Made by a program: the position numbers and the translations under genes | The notes under the pieces: model-generated | Seen by the model: only the letters and a program-made list of their open reading frames with translations | Database searches by the model: none | What the model was told of the DNA's origin: nothing | Source: Syntrophus sp. (in: bacteria) | GTDB lineage: Bacteria; Desulfobacterota; Syntrophorhabdia; Syntrophorhabdales; Syntrophorhabdaceae | Direction of reading: 5' to 3' | Assembly: GCA_013824645.1 (NCBI GenBank) | Contig: PNOF01000006.1 | Coordinates: forward strand, 6,029-70,028 | Length of the DNA stretch: 64,000 nt | Shown here: piece after piece, positions 45,875-53,237 of the stretch | How the letters are laid out: each line of letters begins with the position of its first letter | How positions within the stretch are numbered: the first letter of the stretch is position 1

Positions 45875-46543
45875 TTATACTTTGGCCTTTATTATCAGGG
45901 CCAGTTTCTTTGATAGGACAACAAGCGACGAAGCAAGGTTTTCATGCTGAACAATAATTCCTGCCGGGGCAATGACCTTTATAGGGGAAAAATTCCAGAT
46001 AGCCTGAATCCCGGCTTGTACCATATTATCGGCCAATTCCTGTGCTGCATAAGCAGGGACAGTCAGTATACCGATTTTAATACCCATCCGCCGGATCATA
46101 TCGGACAGCTTTTTTACATGAAAGATCGTCTTGCCGCATATTTCCGTTCCCACTTTGCTTTCATCAGCATCAAAAGCGGCGATAATGTTGAGGCCATACT
46201 CCCTGAAACCTTGATATCCAAGCAGGGCCGCTCCCAGATTGCCGGTGCCTACCAGATAAGCGTCTGTGGTATTGTTCCAGCCAAGAAACTCTTCGATAGT
46301 ACCCACAAGTTCCGCCACACTGTAACCCAGCTTTGGTCTGCCCACAGCATCGGTAATTGCCAGATCCTTTCTCACCTGAATGGGGAGCATATTGAGATCG
46401 TTGCCTATTTTCGTACAGGAGATATATTCCGTCTGTTTTTCATCATGCATCTTTTTCAGATATTGATAGTAGACAGGCAGTCTCCTGAGGGTAGGTTCGG
46501 GTATGGGTTTTGTGGGCTGAATCGTTTTCTCGTCTATATTCAT
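45875..46543 (-). CDS. rex: redox-sensing transcriptional repressor Rex
   Basis: 222 aa. IPEPTLRRLPVYYQYL, winged-helix ISCTKIGNDL and Rossmann VGTGNLGAALLGY. Confidence 0.9.
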   Translation of the reverse strand: MNIDEKTIQPTKPIPEPTLRRLPVYYQYLKKMHDEKQTEYISCTKIGNDLNMLPIQVRKDLAITDAVGRPKLGYSVAELVGTIEEFLGWNNTTDAYLVGTGNLGAALLGYQGFREYGLNIIAAFDADESKVGTEICGKTIFHVKKLSDMIRRMGIKIGILTVPAYAAQELADNMVQAGIQAIWNFSPIKVIAPAGIIVQHENLASSLVVLSKKLALIIKAKV

Positions 46544-46580
46544 CTTCGGGCAACCCCCTCTGTAATAGATATTTTTTTAT

Positions 46581-46610
46581 AGATAATTTTATATCGATAT
46601 AAAATTATCT
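46581..46610. promoter_or_regulatory. 30-bp perfect palindrome in the divergent hydrogenase promoter region
   Basis: AGATAATTTTATATC|GATATAAAATTATCT, 38 nt upstream of the rex start codon. The palindrome is certain; a regulatory role is inferred only. Confidence 0.4.
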
Positions 46611-46852
46611 AATTAAAATTATTTTGTCAACATTTTTTTACATTTACATTCTTTGACATTATAAACAAAATACTCTATATTGAAAATTGTGATATATGCT
46701 TTCCCCCGAAGTTATCAAGGGTTGATTCAATTGTGCTGTGAAATGGGACAGGAGGGCCGTGAAAGGACATTGCATTCATCGAGCAACGACCACCGAAAGT
46801 CATCCTATGGCACAGAAAAAACAAAAAAAAGACGAAAGAACGGGCTGACGCT

Positions 46853-47218
46853 ATGAAATTAAAAGAAGTGCAGCAAATTCTCGATGCAGAAGTACTCTGC
46901 GGGGAAGATTGTCTTGAACGTGAGGTCACAACGTGCTTTGCCTGCGATCTTATCAGTGAAATGCTTCTTTATGTAAAACCGCAATCCCTCCTCATTACAT
47001 CGCTTATCAACGCACACGTCATTCACACCGCTCAGGTAATGGACGCAAGCGGTGTTATTTTTGTAGGTGGAAAAAAACCGGATGAAGGGGTCATCAGAAA
47101 CAGCGCAATGAACAATGTCCCACTCCTCACCACTCCACATCCCATATTCGAATGCTGTGGGTTGCTCTTCACAAATGGTATCGAAGGTGACAAAAAAAAC
47201 CCTCTCGGTAGGGACTAA
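46853..47218 (+). CDS. DRTGG-domain protein
   Basis: 121 aa. ACDLISEML......LLITSL.N..VI.TA...D..GVIFVGGK.P and PLLTT blocks, as in DRTGG proteins that precede hydrogenase regulators in Firmicutes clusters. Confidence 0.7.
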   Translation: MKLKEVQQILDAEVLCGEDCLEREVTTCFACDLISEMLLYVKPQSLLITSLINAHVIHTAQVMDASGVIFVGGKKPDEGVIRNSAMNNVPLLTTPHPIFECCGLLFTNGIEGDKKNPLGRD

Positions 47219-47221
47219 CTT

Positions 47222-47683
47222 GTGGTAGACAGTTTACAATATACCCCACAGATTACACTGGAATTCCCTATCGGTGAAAAAGATTTCTTCATGGCTGGAG
47301 AATCCGCATCCCGGGTAAAGAAAACCTTGCAGCAATTGGGCCTCAAACAGGACATCATCCGGAGGGTTGCTATTATTATTTATGAGGCCGCCATGAATGT
47401 TGCAATTCACGCGAGTCACGGACTCCTTACCGTCCATATCGATCCTGAATCAATCTCTATCCAGACAGACGATAAAGGGGTCGGAATACCCGACATTGAA
47501 CTGGCCATGCGGGAGGGCTATTCAACTGCCCCCTATGAAGCACAGGAAATGGGCTTTGGAGCAGGTATGGGACTTCCCAACATGAAACAATGTTCAGATG
47601 AATTAAGTCTTGATACAAAAGTCGGTAAAGGAACTACCCTCAAGGCAAAGGTGTATTTTATTTCTAAAGAACATCCGGGGTAA
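47222..47683 (+). CDS. GHKL-type ATPase / RsbW-like serine protein kinase
   Basis: 153 aa, GTG start. N-box EAAMNVAIHA, G1 DKGVGIPD and G2 GFGAGMGLPNM. Confidence 0.75.
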   Translation: MVDSLQYTPQITLEFPIGEKDFFMAGESASRVKKTLQQLGLKQDIIRRVAIIIYEAAMNVAIHASHGLLTVHIDPESISIQTDDKGVGIPDIELAMREGYSTAPYEAQEMGFGAGMGLPNMKQCSDELSLDTKVGKGTTLKAKVYFISKEHPG

Positions 47684-47694
47684 GGTAGGTACAT

Positions 47695-49059
47695 ATGCCT
47701 CAATACTTTCATTCAGTGACGCTTGACGTTGATAAATGTAAAGGATGCACCAATTGCATCAAGCGGTGCCCCATGGAGGCAATCCGCGTCCACGATGGAA
47801 AGGCAACGATCATGGAGGAGCGCTGTATCGATTGTGGCGAGTGCATCAGATGCTGCCCCAACCATGCAAAAATAGCTCTTACGGATACTATTAAAAAACT
47901 TTCTGAATATAAATATAATATTGCCCTTCCTGCCCCATCCTTTTTCGCACAGTTCAAAGAAAATGAAAATATCAACGACATTCTAAAAGCCTTTCTCCGC
48001 ATAGGGTTCGACGAAGTCTTTGAAGTTGCCCTTGCCGCTGAAATTGTCGCATACATTGTTCACCGGCAGCTCGCAAATAAAAAACTGAAAAAACCCCTCT
48101 TTTCTTCGGCATGCCCGGCTGTGCTCAGGCTTATGCAGATCAAATTCCCCGATCTCCTTAGACAGGTCACCCATGTCCTTACCCCCATGGAAGTGGCAGC
48201 AAGAATCGCAAAAGTTGAAGCGGCAAAAAAAACAAATATCGCCTATGATGATATCGGGGCTTTCTTCATTTCACCCTGCGCTGCAAAAGTGACAGAAATG
48301 AAACAACCCATGACAACAAAACATTCCGCTGTCAACGGTGTCATCGGCGCAAATCTCATATATAAGGATATCGTTAAAAATCTCGGCAAGGGATTGGCCA
48401 ACAACAAAAAGGATAACGAAGATTCGGAAGAGCTTCACAAAGCAACAAAAAACGGAATGGCCTGGGGGTATCTGACAGGAGAATCCAAAAATATCGATTT
48501 CGGTACAACGCTGGCGGTCAGTGAAATTCATAATGTCATCAGTCTCCTTGAGGAAATAGAACGGGGAGAGCTGAAAAATGTCGACTTCATTGAACTGCAG
48601 GCCTGTACTGCCGGATGTGTCGGGGGGCCGCTTAATATTCAGAACAACTTTGTGGGCAGGGTGCATCTGAGAAATTTAATCGGACAATGTGGAGCCAAAC
48701 CGGCTCATTATGCCGAGAAAGAACTCCTTACTATGTACGAAAAGGGACATTTTGAATCCACGGAGCCGATAAGACCCAATGCTATTATGACCCTTGACAA
48801 AGACGTGTCGAAGGCACTCATCAAGATGGAACACCTCGACCAGCTCACGGATGAGCTTCCCGGACTCGATTGCGGCGCTTGCGGCTCTCCGAACTGCAGG
48901 GCTCTCGCTGAAGACATCATCCGTGGCATTGCCTTTGAGACGGACTGTGTTATAAAACTTCGTGACAGGGTAAAAACACTCGCTGAAGAGATATTTGAAC
49001 TGGCACGTATTATTCCGCCTGCAATGGCAGATAATTCGAAAAAGGAAAAGAAAAAGTAA
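47695..49059 (+). CDS. sensory-type [FeFe]-hydrogenase-like protein without PAS (second HydS-like)
   Basis: 454 aa. Two CxxCxxCxxxCP motifs, altered H-cluster motifs SSACPAV / ISPCAAKV / LQACTAGCVGGP, and a C-terminal CGACGSPNCRALAEDI Fe-S motif. Confidence 0.8.
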   Translation: MPQYFHSVTLDVDKCKGCTNCIKRCPMEAIRVHDGKATIMEERCIDCGECIRCCPNHAKIALTDTIKKLSEYKYNIALPAPSFFAQFKENENINDILKAFLRIGFDEVFEVALAAEIVAYIVHRQLANKKLKKPLFSSACPAVLRLMQIKFPDLLRQVTHVLTPMEVAARIAKVEAAKKTNIAYDDIGAFFISPCAAKVTEMKQPMTTKHSAVNGVIGANLIYKDIVKNLGKGLANNKKDNEDSEELHKATKNGMAWGYLTGESKNIDFGTTLAVSEIHNVISLLEEIERGELKNVDFIELQACTAGCVGGPLNIQNNFVGRVHLRNLIGQCGAKPAHYAEKELLTMYEKGHFESTEPIRPNAIMTLDKDVSKALIKMEHLDQLTDELPGLDCGACGSPNCRALAEDIIRGIAFETDCVIKLRDRVKTLAEEIFELARIIPPAMADNSKKEKKK

Positions 49060-49108
49060 GGTTCTATTATAAAAAGCAGCCTATTTGAAAAAATATGGGG
49101 AGGACAGT

Positions 49109-49447
49109 ATGACAATAGCTCAATTAGTCAATGCCCTTGGTCTCGAAGTTCTCACAGGCGACATCAATATGAACAGGGAAATAAAAGCCGGTTATACATC
49201 GGACCTGCTCTCTGACGCCATCGCGAATATCGAAGAGGATTCTGTCTGGATTACTATTCAGAGACATATTAATATCCTCGGTGTGGCAAAGCTGAAAGAT
49301 GCGGCAGCCATTATTATCCCCCGCAACCTCCAGCTTGAAGAAAACGTTATAGAAAAAGCACGTGAGGAGGATATCGCCATTCTGCGATGCCCCCAATCAG
49401 CTTTTGAGATTTCAGGACTACTTTATAATATATTGACAAGAGGTTAA
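49109..49447 (+). CDS. DRTGG-domain protein (second copy)
   Basis: Start at ATG 49109 (GGGGAGG 6 nt upstream). YTSDLLSD...WITIQ.H.NILGVA......AIIIPR....E.VI.KA.EE.IAIL. Confidence 0.7.
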   Translation: MTIAQLVNALGLEVLTGDINMNREIKAGYTSDLLSDAIANIEEDSVWITIQRHINILGVAKLKDAAAIIIPRNLQLEENVIEKAREEDIAILRCPQSAFEISGLLYNILTRG

Positions 49448-49453
49448 TATAGG

Positions 49454-50185
49454 GTGGGGGATTTTTCCTGCGATCTTCATATCCACTCAACATTGTCGCC
49501 TTGCGGCAGCTTGGAAATGTCTCCAAATAAGATCGTTGAAAAAGCTGTCGAGATTGGTCTTCATGTCATTGCAATTACCGATCACAATATGACGGAGAAT
49601 AGCTTCTATGTCCGTGAAGCAGCAAAGAAATATGGTCTTATTGTTCTGTGCGGAATGGAACTGCAGACCCGTGAGGAAATACATCTCATCACGGTTTTTG
49701 ATGATTTTGAGGTTGCCCTTGACTTCCAACAAAGGATCTATCGTCTTTTACCTGACGTCAAAAATGATCCTGAATACTTCGGAGATCAGGTTATTGTTGA
49801 CACAAAGGATGAAATCCTCCATAGCGAGGAAAGACTCCTTTTAAACTCCGTAGAAATCTCTATCGAGGATGCTGTAAGCTGGGTCAAATCACATGGTGGG
49901 CTGGCAATCCCAGCGCATATCGACAGCCCGACCTACAGTATCATCAGCCAGCTTGGCTTTGTGCCGGACAATATCCCCTTTGATGCACTTGAGGTGCGGA
50001 ATATTGAAAAAGCAAAGGACCTTTTGCCTCTTATTATGTTAAAAAACATCCCCTTTGTGAGCTTTTCCGATGCCCACTACATCGCAGATGTAGGGCGGAG
50101 AAAAACCCAATTACACATGGAGAAACCCGATTGTCAGGAAATAGGTCAGGCGCTAAAGGCCCTCGGAGCAGAAAGACATGATTAG
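49454..50185 (+). CDS. PHP-domain metal-dependent phosphoesterase
   Basis: 243 aa. DLHIHSTLSPCG, AITDHN, the H...E region and AHID / SDAH motifs. Confidence 0.8.
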   Translation: MGDFSCDLHIHSTLSPCGSLEMSPNKIVEKAVEIGLHVIAITDHNMTENSFYVREAAKKYGLIVLCGMELQTREEIHLITVFDDFEVALDFQQRIYRLLPDVKNDPEYFGDQVIVDTKDEILHSEERLLLNSVEISIEDAVSWVKSHGGLAIPAHIDSPTYSIISQLGFVPDNIPFDALEVRNIEKAKDLLPLIMLKNIPFVSFSDAHYIADVGRRKTQLHMEKPDCQEIGQALKALGAERHD

Positions 50186-50215
50186 AAGACTAATATCAGT
50201 TACCGGTAATTGCTT

Positions 50216-50761
50216 ATGATGGATGAAATTTCTTCCCATATCATGGATATTGCCGCCAATGCCATAACGGCAAAGGCAAAGCATATCGAAATTTCCATCA
50301 TGGTAGACACAAAAAAATCTCTCACAACATTATTTTTCAAAGACGATGGGATTGGGATGAACGATGAAATGGTCAAAAAGGTCCAGGACCCTTTTTTCTC
50401 AACAAAAACAGGAAAAAAAGTAGGTCTCGGCATCCCACTTTTAAAAGGCACTGCAGAAACGACAGGAGGAACTTTCTCTCTGACGAGTGAGCTCGGCAAG
50501 GGAGTGGAGATACAGGCCTCTTTCCGCCTCAATCACCCCGATCTTCCGCCTATCGGCAAACTGAAAGATACCATCCTGGTCCTTGTAGTGGGAAACCCGG
50601 AAATTGATTTCGCCTTTAGATATGCTGTTGATAAAAGTGAATTTATATTCGATACAACAATTATCAAAGGTCTCCTCGATGGGGTGCCCGTTAACCATCC
50701 GGAGGTAGTGAATTTCATCATGAATTATCTTGACGAGCATCTGCAAAATCAGATAGATTAG
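50216..50761 (+). CDS. GHKL ATPase-domain protein (second copy)
   Basis: DIAANAI (N-box-like), DDGIGM (G1), FFSTK......GLGIPLLK (G2), GGTF.L.SE.GKG. The track ORF starts at TTG 50210. Confidence 0.7.
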   Translation: MMDEISSHIMDIAANAITAKAKHIEISIMVDTKKSLTTLFFKDDGIGMNDEMVKKVQDPFFSTKTGKKVGLGIPLLKGTAETTGGTFSLTSELGKGVEIQASFRLNHPDLPPIGKLKDTILVLVVGNPEIDFAFRYAVDKSEFIFDTTIIKGLLDGVPVNHPEVVNFIMNYLDEHLQNQID

Positions 50762-50788
50762 AGGTTCAGTCAAAAAGGAGGGCTCTCC

Positions 50789-51148
50789 ATGAATTTAGAA
50801 GAACTCAAAAAAATCAGGGAAAAAGCACAAAAAGATGTTGAGTTGAGACAGAAAGGGTCGAGGATACGTATTGTCGTCGGTATGGGCACAAGCGGCATCG
50901 CCGCAGGCGCCAGGGACGTGTTGAAAGCATTCGTCGAAGAGATCAGCCGGAGAAATTTAAACGACGTTATCGTTACCCAGACAGGGGAGCGGGGCCTCGC
51001 CTCACAGGAACCCATGGTTGAGGTATTCGAGGAAGGAAAACCTGTCGTGGTCTATGGAAATATAACTGTTGAAAAAGCAAAACGGCTCATCGCTGAACAC
51101 GTGGTAAACGGCAACCCGGTCTCTGAATACGCAATTGAAGTAATGTAA
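50789..51148 (+). CDS. HydD-like thioredoxin-fold protein lacking all four [2Fe-2S] cysteines
   Basis: 119 aa. IRIVVGMGTSGIAAGA...VTQTGERGLASQEPMVEV aligns with the C...C ... C...C pattern kept in the NuoF-GltD N-terminus (VLVCAGAACVSSG...ETGCIGSCDLGP), but has G, S, E and A at the ligand positions. Confidence 0.7.
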   Translation: MNLEELKKIREKAQKDVELRQKGSRIRIVVGMGTSGIAAGARDVLKAFVEEISRRNLNDVIVTQTGERGLASQEPMVEVFEEGKPVVVYGNITVEKAKRLIAEHVVNGNPVSEYAIEVM

Positions 51149-51163
51149 AGGAGGTTATCTTCC

Positions 51164-51622
51164 GTGGATAAAGAGGCAATCCTAAAAAAATTCAAACCGA
51201 CTCTCGATAATATATTGTATATTCTCCATGATCTCCAGGATGAAAATCCCCAGCATTATCTCAGCAAGGATGACATAAAGGTGTGTGCTGATTATCTTAA
51301 TATTCCCTATAGCTATACACATAGTGTTGCAAGTTTTTATACCATGTTCAGCATGAAACCGAGGGGCCGCAATATCATTCGCCTCTGTGACTCTCCCCCC
51401 TGCCATTTAATGGGATCAAAATCACTTCTTGACTATCTGCAGCGCACACTGAAGGTAACGACCGGTGAAACAACCAAAGACGGTATATTCACCCTGGAGT
51501 TGACGAGCTGCCTCGGAGCATGCGGGGTTGCACCGGCCATGATGGTTAATAACGAAATGTTCGGCAATCTTACACCGGAAAAGGTTGACACCATCTTGGA
51601 TAAGAGGAGAAAAGAACTATGA
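51164..51622 (+). CDS. NuoE-like [2Fe-2S] subunit
   Basis: 152 aa, GTG start. LCDSPPCHLMG and CLGACGVAPAMMVN. Confidence 0.85.
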   Translation: MDKEAILKKFKPTLDNILYILHDLQDENPQHYLSKDDIKVCADYLNIPYSYTHSVASFYTMFSMKPRGRNIIRLCDSPPCHLMGSKSLLDYLQRTLKVTTGETTKDGIFTLELTSCLGACGVAPAMMVNNEMFGNLTPEKVDTILDKRRKEL

Positions 51623-53199
51623 ACCGCGTAAGAAACCATGTACTGATAAGTATCGACGCAGGTACTATTATGGCAGGGGCCCGCGCAGTCGAAAAAGCCC
51701 TTACAGAGGAGATTGTAAGGCAGGGACTTTCCGATGAAATTACCGTTCTGGAAACAGGGAGCATCGGAGCAACCGGTCAGGGAGTCATCATAGTCGTGTA
51801 TCCCGAAGGCGTCTATTACGGAAACGTAACCGTTCAGGATATACCGCAACTTGTCGAAGAACACCTTCTGAAGGGACGCCTGGTGAAAAGGCTCCTCCTC
51901 TCGGAACTGCCGAAACAGCATGTTGTTACCAAAGAGAAGACAGGTCTCCTGAAAGAACAGCCCCGAATCGTACTCCGCAACAGTGGTATCATCGACCCTG
52001 AAAATATCGACGAATATATCGCACGGGAAGGGTATGAAGCTATCGGAAAGGCCTTTTCCCTCAAGCCGGAAGGTGTCATTGAGGAAATAAAAAAATCAGG
52101 ACTCATAGGCCGTGGAGGGGCAGGATTCCCAACAGCCATGAAATGGGGTTTTGCCCATAATGCCCCCGGTGATCAAAAATATATCATTTGTAACGCCGAC
52201 GAGGGAGAGCCGGGCACTTTCAAGGACAGACTTATTCTTGAAGGAGATCCCCATAAACTAATTGAGGGAATGATAATAGCTGGCTATGCTATTGGAGCAA
52301 CAAAAGGTTTTATATACATACGAGGTGAATACTCGCTCTCTATCGAACGCCTTGAGAAGGCCATTGCTCAGGCCCGTCAGTATGAGCTTCTTGGCGACAA
52401 TATTCTTGAGAGCGGTTTTTCCTTTGATCTTTCTGTTATGAAGGGCGCCGGTGCTTATGTCTGCGGTGAAGAAACGGCACTCATAGAATCCCTGGAAGGA
52501 AAAAGGGGCCATCCACGCCTTAAACCCCCTTTCCCAGCCATAGCAGGACTCTGGCACAAACCGACTGTTGTCAATAACGTGGAGACATTGGCTAACATAC
52601 CGGAAATTATCTGGCGCGGCGCCACATGGTACAGGGGGTACGGAACCGAAAAGTGTCCTGGTACAAAAGTCTACACGATTATCGGCAATGTGGCGACACC
52701 GGGAATCATCGAAGCGGAAATGGGGACCACGCTCCGCGATATTATTTATGAATATGCCGGCGGTATCAAGGAAGGCAAAAAATTCAAATGCGCCCTCGTT
52801 GGCGGAGCAGCAGGCGCTTTTCTTGGTCCTGACATGCTTGATGTCCAGATGGATTTCGCCAACCTGAAAGAATACGCAGCAGTACTCGGCTCCGGGGCAA
52901 TTCTTGTCATGGATGAAGATGCTGATATTGTTGATATGCTGCAAAGCGTCCTCCATTTTTTCAAACACGAATCCTGCGGTCACTGCGTGCCCTGCAGGCT
53001 CGGTACTGCCCAGCTTGTAAAGGTTATTGACCGCATCGCGGCTTCAAAAGGAATAAAAGAAGATATCGAAAAACTGTCCAATATTTCCGATGTTATGCGG
53101 GACACATCATTCTGTCCGCTGGGACAGTCACTCTGTCTTCCCATCTCCAGCGCATTAAAATACTTTCATGATGAGGTCTATGCCCGGATTCCATTATAA
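51619..53199 (+). CDS. NuoF-like flavoprotein subunit, short form
   Basis: 526 aa. GLIGRGGAGFPT, NADEGEPGTFKD and SCGHCVPCRLGT. The N-terminal thioredoxin-like domain has no Cys (LISIDAGTIMAG...ETGSIGATGQG). There is no C-terminal 2x[4Fe-4S] domain. ATGA overlap with the upstream gene. Confidence 0.85.
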   Translation: MNRVRNHVLISIDAGTIMAGARAVEKALTEEIVRQGLSDEITVLETGSIGATGQGVIIVVYPEGVYYGNVTVQDIPQLVEEHLLKGRLVKRLLLSELPKQHVVTKEKTGLLKEQPRIVLRNSGIIDPENIDEYIAREGYEAIGKAFSLKPEGVIEEIKKSGLIGRGGAGFPTAMKWGFAHNAPGDQKYIICNADEGEPGTFKDRLILEGDPHKLIEGMIIAGYAIGATKGFIYIRGEYSLSIERLEKAIAQARQYELLGDNILESGFSFDLSVMKGAGAYVCGEETALIESLEGKRGHPRLKPPFPAIAGLWHKPTVVNNVETLANIPEIIWRGATWYRGYGTEKCPGTKVYTIIGNVATPGIIEAEMGTTLRDIIYEYAGGIKEGKKFKCALVGGAAGAFLGPDMLDVQMDFANLKEYAAVLGSGAILVMDEDADIVDMLQSVLHFFKHESCGHCVPCRLGTAQLVKVIDRIAASKGIKEDIEKLSNISDVMRDTSFCPLGQSLCLPISSALKYFHDEVYARIPL

Positions 53200-53237
53200 G
53201 GATCAAAACACCCCTTAAGGAGGTTAAGTTCCGGTAA

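Noticed and set aside
46621-46760. Rex operator(s) in the divergent hydrogenase promoter region.
   Set aside because: Only half-site-like strings (TTGTCAA, TTGACAT, TTGTGATAT, TGTGAAAT) are present. There is no full inverted repeat with the spacing of known Rex boxes, so no site is called.
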